A stretch of 64,000 nucleotides of DNA from an uncultured Gemmatimonadales bacterium (GCA_963850905.1 CAWKMU010000004.1:640001-704000); one strand, 5' to 3'; positions 29,831-38,957 are shown, counted from the first letter of the stretch. Translations and numbers: made by a program. Notes: a model not told the origin generated them from the letters alone.

Positions 29831-30092
29831 CAGGTCGTGGGAAACAAGTTCCATGCAACGAGTGGAAGGTCTCTCCGTTCAGAACGGGCTTGCCCGTACC
29901 CATCGACACTGCATAGCCGACGGCTATCGACTCCAGCGAAACGAAATATTGGAACAGATGATGCGAGCACCGTACGATCGGTTTTCCCACGCGCGATGGC
30001 ACGCGCCCCGCGCGCGAGAACTACCATCGCGACCGCGATGAATGCCGTCGCGTAGGCCTTTCAGACACATCCTCCAGAGCAAGGAGCCGCAG

Positions 30093-31157
30093 ATGTCAAA
30101 TCCACCTAGTGGCAGCGGGGGTACCGTTAAGATTCCCGTCCCATCGCCAGCGCCCTCTCCGAAGCCAGGCTCAGGTGTGCCCGTAGCACCGCCCTCACCC
30201 TTCGAGAACATCGACATCGTGACCGCGCTCTCGTGGGTAGGAGCGGGATCAAACCCGGCAGCGTACGCGCCAAATCCCCAAATGCCAGTCGCGTATCCGG
30301 ATCCCACCAAGGGCAATGTCGCGGCCGTTGCGGGTTATGTCGGTCCGGTGCTTCAGTCCCTCTTACAGACCAGTACGCCTCCCATGACATGCGCCGTTTT
30401 GGGCCAAGGCAACCTGAGCTGCCCGGGAGTTGTTGGTATAAACGGCCGGCTAGAAGATGAGAACGGCCACCCGGTGAGCGATCCAGACGCGAGTGGCGAC
30501 GGGATCTTCGGGTTCGGGAGCATTAATGGTGTGCACGGAGTTGGCACCAGCGGTACGGGCGTGGGCGGAACTAGTACAAGCGGCTCCGGCGTTTTTGGCA
30601 AGACGACGACTGGCGTTGGAGTCCGTGGTCAGAGCCTCGGTTCTGGACTGGCCGGGCAATTCGACGGAAACGTGAAGATCAGTGGCGACCTCACCGCGAC
30701 GGACGTCGATGCGACCGGCAACATCACCGCGAAGGACGTGATTCTCTCAGGCGCGGATTGCGCAGAGGAGTTCGACCTGCTGCACCCGAGCGTCGAGTCG
30801 GGGACAGTCGTGGTGATCGATGAGGAGGGAAAGTTGCGGGAGAGTCGGACCGCGTATGACAAGCGAGTAGCGGGTGTCGTATCCGGCGCCGGCGACTACA
30901 GACCTGGCGTCCTGCTCGATCGTCGGGTGTCATCGGTGGGCCGCGCAGCCGTCGCGCTTGTTGGCAAGGTCTATTGCAAGGTGGACGCCGATCCTGCACC
31001 AATCACTGTGGGCGATCTGCTGACCACCTCAGAGCGTCCGGGGTTCGGTATGAAAGCGACGGACGCTGCGCAGGCCTTCGGCGCTGTCATCGGAAAGGCG
31101 CTCAAACCGCTTCCGGCGGGTCAAGCCGTGATCCCGATCTTGGTTGGACTGCACTAA
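30093..31157 (+). CDS. Tail-fibre-like protein with GVxG repeats and a C-terminal intramolecular-chaperone-like domain
   Basis: AAGGAG RBS; Pro-rich N-terminus; GIFGFG.NGVHG.GTSG.GVGG...GVFG...GVRG...AGQFDGNVKISGDL; GADCAEEF...GTVVVID...AYDKRVAGVVSGAG...VALVGKVYCKVDA...VGDLLTTS...GAVIGKAL. Confidence 0.7.
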   Translation: MSNPPSGSGGTVKIPVPSPAPSPKPGSGVPVAPPSPFENIDIVTALSWVGAGSNPAAYAPNPQMPVAYPDPTKGNVAAVAGYVGPVLQSLLQTSTPPMTCAVLGQGNLSCPGVVGINGRLEDENGHPVSDPDASGDGIFGFGSINGVHGVGTSGTGVGGTSTSGSGVFGKTTTGVGVRGQSLGSGLAGQFDGNVKISGDLTATDVDATGNITAKDVILSGADCAEEFDLLHPSVESGTVVVIDEEGKLRESRTAYDKRVAGVVSGAGDYRPGVLLDRRVSSVGRAAVALVGKVYCKVDADPAPITVGDLLTTSERPGFGMKATDAAQAFGAVIGKALKPLPAGQAVIPILVGLH

Positions 31158-31249
31158 GGGTTGACCGACTCAACGGTTCCGCTAGCGATCCTGAACTCTA
31201 CGTCCACCCGCGATCAGCGCCGCCAGTCTTGCGTCTGGAGGGCCGGCCC

Positions 31250-33118
31250 ATGTGGAGCTTGAAACAGGGCTTGATGTACTTAGGGCCCCATCTCCCTTCG
31301 GGGTTTGACGCCCGTCACGGCGTAAAATCCTTGTTTCCCCACGGCTACAAAGGGAGCATCTCTCCTCTGAAGGGTTACGTCTTTTCGGCTTACGCCCGCC
31401 TCGGGACCTACTTCAATTTCGGTGGAACCGACACGGGCGACGGGTCGGCTGCAAATACGTACGTTATGGCCGACGGTACAGGGCGCTGGTTCTTCTCCTG
31501 GCTCTGGTGGCCGGTGGACTTCAGCGCGGTCTACATACGGCAGAGCGGTTTCGTCTTTCACTACTCGAATGATGGGCGCGCTCATGGCTTTGTAGACACG
31601 AGCCAACCGTCGCAGAACGTAAAAAGCTGTATCTCGGGGACCGACGCCTGGATTGCCAACAATTGGCCACAGGTTCTTCAGGCCGGCCGGCACATCATGT
31701 TGCAGGACGGCTCGGAACCGCCCGATGAATCTGCCGTCTGGACAGGGGCTGGTTTCGGCTCATCAGATTTCGTCCAATTGGATGGCTCGAGCACCACTTG
31801 CGCGCCGACCGTGAGCGGATCCGTGCTCTTTCCATTTCCTACCTACCCTACCAGGCTGCTGTCGCCGGTGGGCGTGCTCCTCGGCTATTGTCTTGGAACT
31901 GCTGCACAGTTGCTCGCCCGATGCCTCTCAACGATTCCCAAGACGTTCGTGTCCAAGAACGGTTTGACGTTCACGGCAACCATCCCACCGGGGCTGAATC
32001 CTGGCAAATCAGGGGATGTGGCCGTCAGCTTTTCCAGCACGGACAAAAAGACGAAGGGCACGTACAACTGGAGCTTCCCGTGGGGCAAGCTCACGGCCAC
32101 TGGCGAGATGGCCATCCGCCACGCCGACGGCAACTGCACGATCAGCTACACGTACTCCAGTGACATCGCGAACGCGCAATATTCGCTGGGTCAGCTCGAC
32201 TACACGGTTTCCCTCAGCGGGACGGACAACAGCACGAGCACCTTCACGCAGACTGCCGTGAACGGATTGGTGACGTCTCAGACCTCGTCGATCGGTGGAC
32301 CGAGCGGCACCACGACAAAACTCACGGTCAATCCCGACGGAACCATTGATGTGTCCAGCTCCAACCCAAATGCCGCCACTACCATGAGTGTTCCGGCGTC
32401 CGCGGCCCAGCGCATTTCGTTAGTGGACCAGATCCTCGCCCCAACCGGTGGCCTGGTGGCGAAGCTCCTCGATCTGACAGCTCCCACGACGGACAGGCTG
32501 GTGTTCACCGTGGATTCCCCTGTTGGTCCCATTACCTATACGATCAACGTACAGACGGCACCGGATGGAGCCGTACAATCGTATACCGCCACAGCTTCGA
32601 GTCAGGCCGGCGCTGACACCAGCGTAGTCGGCGCGATGACCCTGGACGCAACGACCGGGTTGGTTGGTTCCACGATGAGTTTCCAGGGCACCGCCGAGGG
32701 CGACACGACCTGGAGCGTGAACTATAGCGTGTCCAGCGGAGCGACTGGCCTCGAGACGCAAACCGCCACAATCGAATACGCGGACGCGGCCGGAGATAGT
32801 CGTCTCAGCGAGACTGCTGTCAATGGCGCTGTCGCGGGCCTCACCTCCTCATCTACCGACCCCGATAACAACTCGAGCACCGCCCAGGTCACGGTCAATG
32901 CCGACGGCACCTCTACCCTCGTGATCACTACGGTCGACAGCACCGGCAGTGGCACCGCTGAGACGATAGAGGTTGATGCTGCGGGCAACACGACGAGTGA
33001 CACGACGGCATCGGTTGGCAACGGGGAGGGAGGGGGTGGGAGCGAAGGTGAAAGCGAGAGTGAGAGCGAAAGCGAGAGTGAGAGTGAGAGTGAAGGCGAA
33101 GGCGAGGGCGGGGGGTGA
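31250..33118 (+). CDS. Hypothetical Thr/Ser/Gly-rich beta-strand protein with acidic (ES)n C-terminal tail
   Basis: GGAGG RBS; 622-codon ORF with coding-like codon use; no family recognised. Confidence 0.7.
   Translation: MWSLKQGLMYLGPHLPSGFDARHGVKSLFPHGYKGSISPLKGYVFSAYARLGTYFNFGGTDTGDGSAANTYVMADGTGRWFFSWLWWPVDFSAVYIRQSGFVFHYSNDGRAHGFVDTSQPSQNVKSCISGTDAWIANNWPQVLQAGRHIMLQDGSEPPDESAVWTGAGFGSSDFVQLDGSSTTCAPTVSGSVLFPFPTYPTRLLSPVGVLLGYCLGTAAQLLARCLSTIPKTFVSKNGLTFTATIPPGLNPGKSGDVAVSFSSTDKKTKGTYNWSFPWGKLTATGEMAIRHADGNCTISYTYSSDIANAQYSLGQLDYTVSLSGTDNSTSTFTQTAVNGLVTSQTSSIGGPSGTTTKLTVNPDGTIDVSSSNPNAATTMSVPASAAQRISLVDQILAPTGGLVAKLLDLTAPTTDRLVFTVDSPVGPITYTINVQTAPDGAVQSYTATASSQAGADTSVVGAMTLDATTGLVGSTMSFQGTAEGDTTWSVNYSVSSGATGLETQTATIEYADAAGDSRLSETAVNGAVAGLTSSSTDPDNNSSTAQVTVNADGTSTLVITTVDSTGSGTAETIEVDAAGNTTSDTTASVGNGEGGGGSEGESESESESESESESEGEGEGGG
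33040..33110 (+). repeat. Hexamer microsatellite encoding EGESESESESESESESEGEGEG
   Basis: Runs of GAGAGT/GAAAGC/GAAGGC. Confidence 0.85.
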
Positions 33119-33235
33119 CAGGTCGAGTCGCTGACTGTCTAAGCAGTCGATGACGACCACGACTCGACGGCAGCCGCCAGACGTCCTGCATCCCCAATGC
33201 GTGCAGCTCGTGCCGGCAGGTCCATTGGGTTGACC

Positions 33236-34279
33236 ATGCCATTGATAAACGTTCATGAGCATCTGCAGTCGAGGCGGGAGCTGCCGGTGTTGTTGCGCGC
33301 GATGGACGAGACCGGTATCGAGCGTGCGGTGATACTGGGCAGCTCAGCCTTCACCCTGACATCGAATCATCGTCTCGGATTCACGAGATACGACGAGAAT
33401 AACCTGGCCATCATCGGTGCAGCGCTGGCACATCGCGATCGCATTGAGGCTTGGCCAACGCTCGATCCCCTCGACCCTTACAAGGTCGAGAAGCTTCGTT
33501 CGTATCACGACGTGGGCGCCAGTGGCGTGAAGCTGTATCTGGGCCACGGGTTCGTCGCGCCGGGCTCCGCCCAATATCTCTTCAGCCCAGTGGCAATGGA
33601 TCATCCGAGCATGGACGCGGTGTACGAGTACTGCGGCGCCCATCGTCTCCCGATCTGCCTCCACGTAAATCCCGGCCCCAAGACACCGGGCTTCGCCAAT
33701 GAATTCGTCGCGACCCTAGAGCGGCATCCTCAGCTCCTGGTCAACGCCCCGCACTGGATTCTATCGACTGCAAGACCGTCCCGGCTCGCCGAGCTACTCG
33801 ACGTATTTCCGAATCTGGTCACCGACGTCAGCTTCGGAGTCGACGCGTTCCTCATTGCCGGGTTGCGGCGCATCTCGCAAAACCCTCTCGCCATACGGCA
33901 GGTCGTCGTCGAGCATTCTGACCGGTTCCTCTTCGGCACCGATTTGGTTGTGACCAGGACGCGGCACAAGACCGCGGAATGGATTCGCGTGCGCGTCGAA
34001 GCATATCTCTCGATGTTGTCTTCAAAACAGTACGAGACTCCTCTCCTCCCGTCTGCGGTGCTCAACGGGCTGGATTTGCCGGCCACCGTATTAGAACAGA
34101 TCGGATGCCGGAACTACGCGGAGTTGCGCGCGCCAAACCGCCGATCAATGCCCCCTGATCGCTCGGTCGACTGGACCCGAATGGGGGTGCCGCTTCTCGA
34201 TCGCAGTCCGGGCGAGCGCCTGCGCGTCGGCCTCGACACCCGTTCTCGCGCCGGCCAGCAGATGATCGTTGGCGAGTGA
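33236..34279 (+). CDS. Amidohydrolase family protein (Amidohydro_2-like TIM barrel)
   Basis: INVHEH, GVKLY.GH, PICLHVN, NAPHW, DVSFG, RFLFGTD. Confidence 0.82.
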   Translation: MPLINVHEHLQSRRELPVLLRAMDETGIERAVILGSSAFTLTSNHRLGFTRYDENNLAIIGAALAHRDRIEAWPTLDPLDPYKVEKLRSYHDVGASGVKLYLGHGFVAPGSAQYLFSPVAMDHPSMDAVYEYCGAHRLPICLHVNPGPKTPGFANEFVATLERHPQLLVNAPHWILSTARPSRLAELLDVFPNLVTDVSFGVDAFLIAGLRRISQNPLAIRQVVVEHSDRFLFGTDLVVTRTRHKTAEWIRVRVEAYLSMLSSKQYETPLLPSAVLNGLDLPATVLEQIGCRNYAELRAPNRRSMPPDRSVDWTRMGVPLLDRSPGERLRVGLDTRSRAGQQMIVGE

Positions 34280-34291
34280 GGGCTCGGCGCT
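34256..34291. repeat. 36-bp copy of ECF42 gene sequence
   Basis: 34 of 36 bases identical to 26195-26230; encodes EPSLANDHLL on the minus strand versus EPSLANYHLL. Confidence 0.8.
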
Positions 34292-34310
34292 CGCATCCAG
34301 CGTCTCGCAT

Positions 34311-34358
34311 CTAGCCACCCACGATCGCCCACCGTGGCGAGGTCCTCGGGCCCTTGAC
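34311..34358. repeat. Dispersed ~49-bp repeat, copy 2
   Basis: CTAGCCACCCACGATCGCCCACCGTGGCGAGGTCCTCGGGCCCTTGAC; matches 24150-24198. Confidence 0.8.
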
Positions 34359-34489
34359 TGGAGGTCGCTGTTCGTGCGACCCGATGGCGTGAAGGTATTG
34401 TGCCAGGTGAGATTCCACCCGCCCACCCCAACGATCTCGGCGTCGTAGACCTGAATCTCATCAGTCTGCGCGACCACAGGTCGCGTCAC
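34359..34489 (-). pseudogene. N-terminal fragment of a conserved exported hypothetical protein
   Basis: AQTDEIQVYDAEI...WNLTWHNTFTPSGR resembles the mature N-terminus of a family of exported proteins (recalled, not searched); plausible homology ends at the repeat. Confidence 0.5.
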
Positions 34490-34691
34490 ACATGTTCCCG
34501 TAAATCCCCCGGCGGTTGCCGCCGCCGTCCCCTGTGGACTTTGTACAGACGCGTTTCACGTGCATTGCGACAGTGCGTGGCGCGCATCCTGCGCCTGGGA
34601 CGAGTCTGTCAGCGCGGTTGGTAATCGCGTGCGCGCGGTGGTAGGAGAACGCGCGCGCACAATCGAGGGAGGCAAGGAAGGAGATACGCAC

Positions 34692-35468
34692 ATGCCATCC
34701 GATGCACCACATGACTCGACTCAACGGGCCCGTTTAGCCGCGCGCGAGTTGCGCGGGAGCGACCGACGGGAGTTCCTCCGCATGGTTGGCCTCGGCGCCG
34801 CAGCGGCCTGTCTACCGGGCCTGCTCAGCGCCTGCAGCACTGAACCGGCCACGTCGCCGGTCAGTTCCACGCCGCCTGTGGACACCACGACCAAGTCCTC
34901 GGGCCCCCCGAAGATTACGCTCGATTTCAGCACCGACTACGGCGTGCTGAACCTCGCCTACCTGCTCGAGCAGGTGGCGTCTGCGTTCTACGCAGAGGTG
35001 AACACGGCGCCGCCGCCGAACATGGATAGCCACGAGCTGTATGTGCTGCAGCAGATCGCGGTTCACGAGGCCATCCACGTGAGCTTCTTCAAGACGGCCC
35101 TCGGCAGCCATGGCATCCCGCAGGCCACCCTCAACTTTGCGACCGTGAACTTCAAAGACCGGGACAGTGTGCTCATTGCCGCGAAGACTCTCGAGGATTT
35201 GGACGTTGGAGCATACAATGGGGCGGCGCAGTTTCTGCAGAGCGCAACCAACCTCACGCTTGCGGCGAAGATCGTCTCCGTCGAGGCGCGGCACGCTGCG
35301 GCGGTGCGGGACCTCCTGGCGCCTCGGACGAGCGCCTTCGCAGGAAGTGATGTCATCAACGCCGAAGGCTTCGACCAGGCTTTGCTCCCGTCCAATGTGC
35401 TGACGTCGGTCGCACCGTACGTCAAGAATCAAATCGTGCTCACCAACGTCCCCTCGACTACGGCGTAA
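34692..35468 (+). CDS. Ferritin-like domain protein (Ferritin_2), Tat lipoprotein
   Basis: DRREFLR Tat motif, LLSAC lipobox; LNLAYLLEQ...HEAIH...LEDLDVGAYNGA...IVSVEARHAA. Confidence 0.85.
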   Translation: MPSDAPHDSTQRARLAARELRGSDRREFLRMVGLGAAAACLPGLLSACSTEPATSPVSSTPPVDTTTKSSGPPKITLDFSTDYGVLNLAYLLEQVASAFYAEVNTAPPPNMDSHELYVLQQIAVHEAIHVSFFKTALGSHGIPQATLNFATVNFKDRDSVLIAAKTLEDLDVGAYNGAAQFLQSATNLTLAAKIVSVEARHAAAVRDLLAPRTSAFAGSDVINAEGFDQALLPSNVLTSVAPYVKNQIVLTNVPSTTA

Positions 35469-35478
35469 GGAGCGACGA

Positions 35479-36327
35479 ATGGATCCGTACACCAGTTCCT
35501 CCGAACCCGTTCTCGAGACGCTGGACCCGGAGATTCGCGCCCGTCTGGCGCAGCGGGAGGCAGAGATCGCGCACGGCGCGAGCGTTGCGCGCGTGACGGC
35601 GGCCGGTTTGGCCATGGCATCCGTGCCCGTCGCGCTCGCGGCATTGGCGCGCGACGTGTTCGCGCAGGGAGGTCTCCCAGCCAACATCGTGTCCATTCTC
35701 AACTTTGCGCTGATGCACGAGTACATGGAGTCGACGTTGTATAACTACGGCCTCTCCGCGCACTTTCAGGTCGTTCCGGGCGAGGACATCCCGCTCTTCC
35801 AGACCATCCAGGCGCACGAGAACCTGCACAAGCAGTATCTCCTTGCCACACTGGGCTCGGAGGCCGTTCGCGAGCCGTTTTTCGATTGGTCGGGCGGAGG
35901 CGGCACGTACAACGGCCCGTACCATGCGGCGTTCTACGAGTACGAGGAGTTCAAGGCGCTATCGCAGTCCTTCGAGGACCTCGGCGTGCGGATGTATAAG
36001 GGGCTAGCGCCGGCTCTGATGGGGGAGCAACCCCTCCTGCTCGCCGCGCTACAGATCCATTCGGTCGAGGCGCGGCACGCATGCGAGGTGCGGCGGCTCC
36101 GTGGCAACTTCCTCGACAATGTGCCCAACCGGGGGTGGATCACGGGTGACCAGACGGACATCTCCCTCACCAGCGCGTTCTACGCCGGGGAGGAAAACAC
36201 CGTCCAGGACGGCATCGACCTCGTGACGCTGCAATTCAGCGCGGCGGACGCGAGCGAGGCGTTCGACGAACCAATGACCATGCAAGAGGTGCAGGCGGCA
36301 CTCGTCCCATTCATAATCCCGCCGTAA
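35479..36327 (+). CDS. Ferritin-like domain protein (Ferritin_2)
   Basis: ILNFALMHEYME..LY...HENLH...FEDLGVRMYKG...IHSVEARHA...EAFDEP. Confidence 0.85.
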   Translation: MDPYTSSSEPVLETLDPEIRARLAQREAEIAHGASVARVTAAGLAMASVPVALAALARDVFAQGGLPANIVSILNFALMHEYMESTLYNYGLSAHFQVVPGEDIPLFQTIQAHENLHKQYLLATLGSEAVREPFFDWSGGGGTYNGPYHAAFYEYEEFKALSQSFEDLGVRMYKGLAPALMGEQPLLLAALQIHSVEARHACEVRRLRGNFLDNVPNRGWITGDQTDISLTSAFYAGEENTVQDGIDLVTLQFSAADASEAFDEPMTMQEVQAALVPFIIPP

Positions 36328-36374
36328 TGGCCCCTTGAGCGGCGCTCAGCCAGCCGTCCTCCCTCTTTTCTGCT

Positions 36375-36415
36375 TCGCTCCTTTCTATTGTGGCCCGCAC
36401 AGCGGGCCACAATAG
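36375..36415. repeat. REP-like palindromic repeat, copy 2
   Basis: TCGCTCCTTT-CTATTGTGGCCCGC-ACA-GCGGGCCACAATAG, 14-bp stem. Confidence 0.8.
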
Positions 36416-36419
36416 GCCG

Positions 36420-38384
36420 TCACTGGCTGCGGGATTGGACGTCGGCTGGTGGCTTGGCCGTGTTGCCTTGCCACGATGCGAGGATCTCGGCCTGCAGCCG
36501 GTCGGGGTGGTCAATCGGCGTCATGTGGTAGCTCTCGTCCATGCGGTGCGCCAGCGTCACGTCGATCGTCCGGTCCTGGCCGCCCCTGGAGATCCCGACC
36601 TTGACCACATCGCCGGGCTTTCTGGTCACGATATAGCCGCGCAGCGTCGCGCCCGGGGTCGTGGCGCCATCGATCGATTCGACTACGTCTCCCACGCGGA
36701 GGCCGGCGAGCTCCGCGGGCGACTTCTCCATGACCGCCGTGATCGCCACCTTGCCGTCCACGTCCTCGTCGATCGCGCCGAGGAAGGGATCGTTCGTCTC
36801 GACCGGCGGATCGAGTCGCAGTCCAGCGTAGGCGAGATACTTGGGATAGTCGATCTCCTTGGTCGTGTTGGCGTACTGGAACGCGTCGCCCAGCGGCGCG
36901 CCGGCCACGGCCTCGCATGCCTTCTGGAATTCCTCGTCAGTCCAGCCACGCTTCAGCTGCTTGTAGTACTTCTGGTAGAGATTGCGCATCACGTTGTCGA
37001 GCGACTTCTGGTTCTTCGTGTCGTGGCGGATTGCGAAGTCGAGGACGAGACCCAACAACGGCCCAGTGTTGTAGTAGGAGACCGTCTTGGAGACCGGGCC
37101 GGTCGGTGGGATGCCGGGTTGCGCGGGGCCACCAGGCGTCCCAGCACGGGCGCGCGCGCCAGCGGCTCCGCTGCCGCCGGCGCCTCCCTGCCCCCGTCTC
37201 GCAAAGCTGTACTGTGTCCAAGTGTTCCAACTGTCCATGGTGGGCGACTCATAGAGATGGCCGGTGCCGTCTTCCACCGTCTTCATGTCTTTCGTGAAGC
37301 TGCCCAACAGATCATCCAGCGTCATGAGCCCGGCACGCGCCACCAGCATGTACTCGTAATAGACCGTGAAGCCCTCCGAGACCCAGAGCATGTGCGTGCG
37401 GTTTTCGTGGTCGTAGTCGAAGGGCCCGAGCGCGATGGGGCGGATGCGCTTCACGTTGTACGTGTGGAAGTACTCGTGCGCCAGGAAGCCAAGCTCGCGA
37501 TTCCGCACCGGTCCCGGGGTGTCGTATGCGGGGTTCGCATGGAAGGGAACGGCCGCAGAGTTCAGGTGCTCGACGCCGCCGGCGCCGGCGCCGTAGCCCA
37601 GGAATACATAGTGCGAGTATGGGATATCGCCCATCATCTGCGTGGCGACCTGCACGATGGCCTTCAGCTGGCCCATGAACTCGGCGCCGTCGAAGGCCTG
37701 TGCGTCCATGTTGTAGGCGACGAACTCGTGGCGCACACCACCTACCTCGAAGGCCGGCAGTGAATCCAGATTCCCGATGAGAATTGGGCTGTCGTAGAGC
37801 GCGTCGTAATTGGGCGCCTCGTAGACGTGGCGCGCGCCTGGCGAGGCAGGATCGAGACCGGTGGCCACGTCTCGCCACCCCGCCGGCGGCTCGATGTCCA
37901 CGGTCACGCGATGATTGATGAGGCCCGCGGGATACATGAAGACGCCGGTGCCGATCAGGAAGCCGTGCGAGGCGTCGAGAAAGGGGCTGGCCACGAACGA
38001 CGTGGTGGCCAGTACGTCGTACGTCAGCGTCACCCTCGGGGCATTGGCCGTCCGCACGCGCCAGTCGTTGGGCGATACCTTGTCGTTGACCGATACGAGG
38101 TCCCACCCAAGGTCATGCCCCACGCCATCCACGGCTTTGAACTCTTTCACGTTGCGCGCGAAATCCATGATGCCGTAATAGCCCGGCGACCACACCGGTA
38201 GCTTGAAATCGATCGACGGTCCCGTCAGGCTGTCGCACTGCATGACGACGTGATAGACCTGCGAGGCCGCATCCGGCATCGTCACCGTGAAGGCGATCGT
38301 CCCGCGCGCCTGTTGCGCCGAGGCCAGCGATGCCGACAACAGCACGCCGACGCCGAACAGCATGCTGCGACCCATGTTCTTCAT
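36420..38384 (-). CDS. M61 family metallopeptidase (glycyl aminopeptidase-like) with PDZ domain
   Basis: Signal peptide; LPVWSPGYY, GGVEHLNS, AHEYFHTYNVKRIRP, LWVSEGFTVYY, SYYNTG, PDZ SPAELAGL.VGD. Confidence 0.93.
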   Translation of the reverse strand: MKNMGRSMLFGVGVLLSASLASAQQARGTIAFTVTMPDAASQVYHVVMQCDSLTGPSIDFKLPVWSPGYYGIMDFARNVKEFKAVDGVGHDLGWDLVSVNDKVSPNDWRVRTANAPRVTLTYDVLATTSFVASPFLDASHGFLIGTGVFMYPAGLINHRVTVDIEPPAGWRDVATGLDPASPGARHVYEAPNYDALYDSPILIGNLDSLPAFEVGGVRHEFVAYNMDAQAFDGAEFMGQLKAIVQVATQMMGDIPYSHYVFLGYGAGAGGVEHLNSAAVPFHANPAYDTPGPVRNRELGFLAHEYFHTYNVKRIRPIALGPFDYDHENRTHMLWVSEGFTVYYEYMLVARAGLMTLDDLLGSFTKDMKTVEDGTGHLYESPTMDSWNTWTQYSFARRGQGGAGGSGAAGARARAGTPGGPAQPGIPPTGPVSKTVSYYNTGPLLGLVLDFAIRHDTKNQKSLDNVMRNLYQKYYKQLKRGWTDEEFQKACEAVAGAPLGDAFQYANTTKEIDYPKYLAYAGLRLDPPVETNDPFLGAIDEDVDGKVAITAVMEKSPAELAGLRVGDVVESIDGATTPGATLRGYIVTRKPGDVVKVGISRGGQDRTIDVTLAHRMDESYHMTPIDHPDRLQAEILASWQGNTAKPPADVQSRSQ

Positions 38385-38459
38385 GCGACGTTTCCTCTTG
38401 AGCGTTACGGAGCGTTAGATCCTACGAAGGCACCTGGCGGCGGCGAGTGAGCCGGCGGT

Positions 38460-38897
38460 TCAACTTGAGGGCAACCGCTTATCGAACACGTGGCTCGTCT
38501 TCTTCCGCGTGTAGCCCAAATCCTCATAGAAGTGATGAGTGCGGTCCCGCACGACGTTCGAGCGGACCCGGACAACGTTGTAGCCCTGGGCCACCGCCCA
38601 GTGCTCGGCCGCGGCCACGAGCGCTCGTCCCACACCGGATCCGCGGAGCGCCTCGTCTACGACAAGGCCGGCGATGAGCGCATAGGGGTCGTCCGCGACC
38701 GTGCGGTATCCGTGGATATGAATCCAGCCGATGAGTCGTCCGTCATCCGCCGCCGCGCCCAGCAGGCCATGGTCCGAGGAACCCACCAGCTCGCGCACGC
38801 GCGGCTCGATCTGCCCAGCGGTGGCTGGGTGCCCGAGCTGCGTACACAACGGTGCGAGCGCCGCGGCATCCGACGGAGCGAGGGGTCGAACGTGCAT
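38460..38897 (-). CDS. GNAT family N-acetyltransferase
   Basis: IAGLVVDEALRGSGVGRALV..AE.WA...VRVRSN...HHFYE.LGY. Confidence 0.9.
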   Translation of the reverse strand: MHVRPLAPSDAAALAPLCTQLGHPATAGQIEPRVRELVGSSDHGLLGAAADDGRLIGWIHIHGYRTVADDPYALIAGLVVDEALRGSGVGRALVAAAEHWAVAQGYNVVRVRSNVVRDRTHHFYEDLGYTRKKTSHVFDKRLPSS

Positions 38898-38957
38898 GTT
38901 GCAGCAAATGTGGCAAGGTGGCGACCAGACTGCCAGGCGGTTGCCCACTCCGCGGGC

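Noticed and set aside
30093..34279. Prophage
   Set aside because: Only one fibre-like gene; no integrase, terminase, capsid or lysis genes
36390..37763. 457-aa plus-strand ORF
   Set aside because: Antisense shadow of the M61 peptidase
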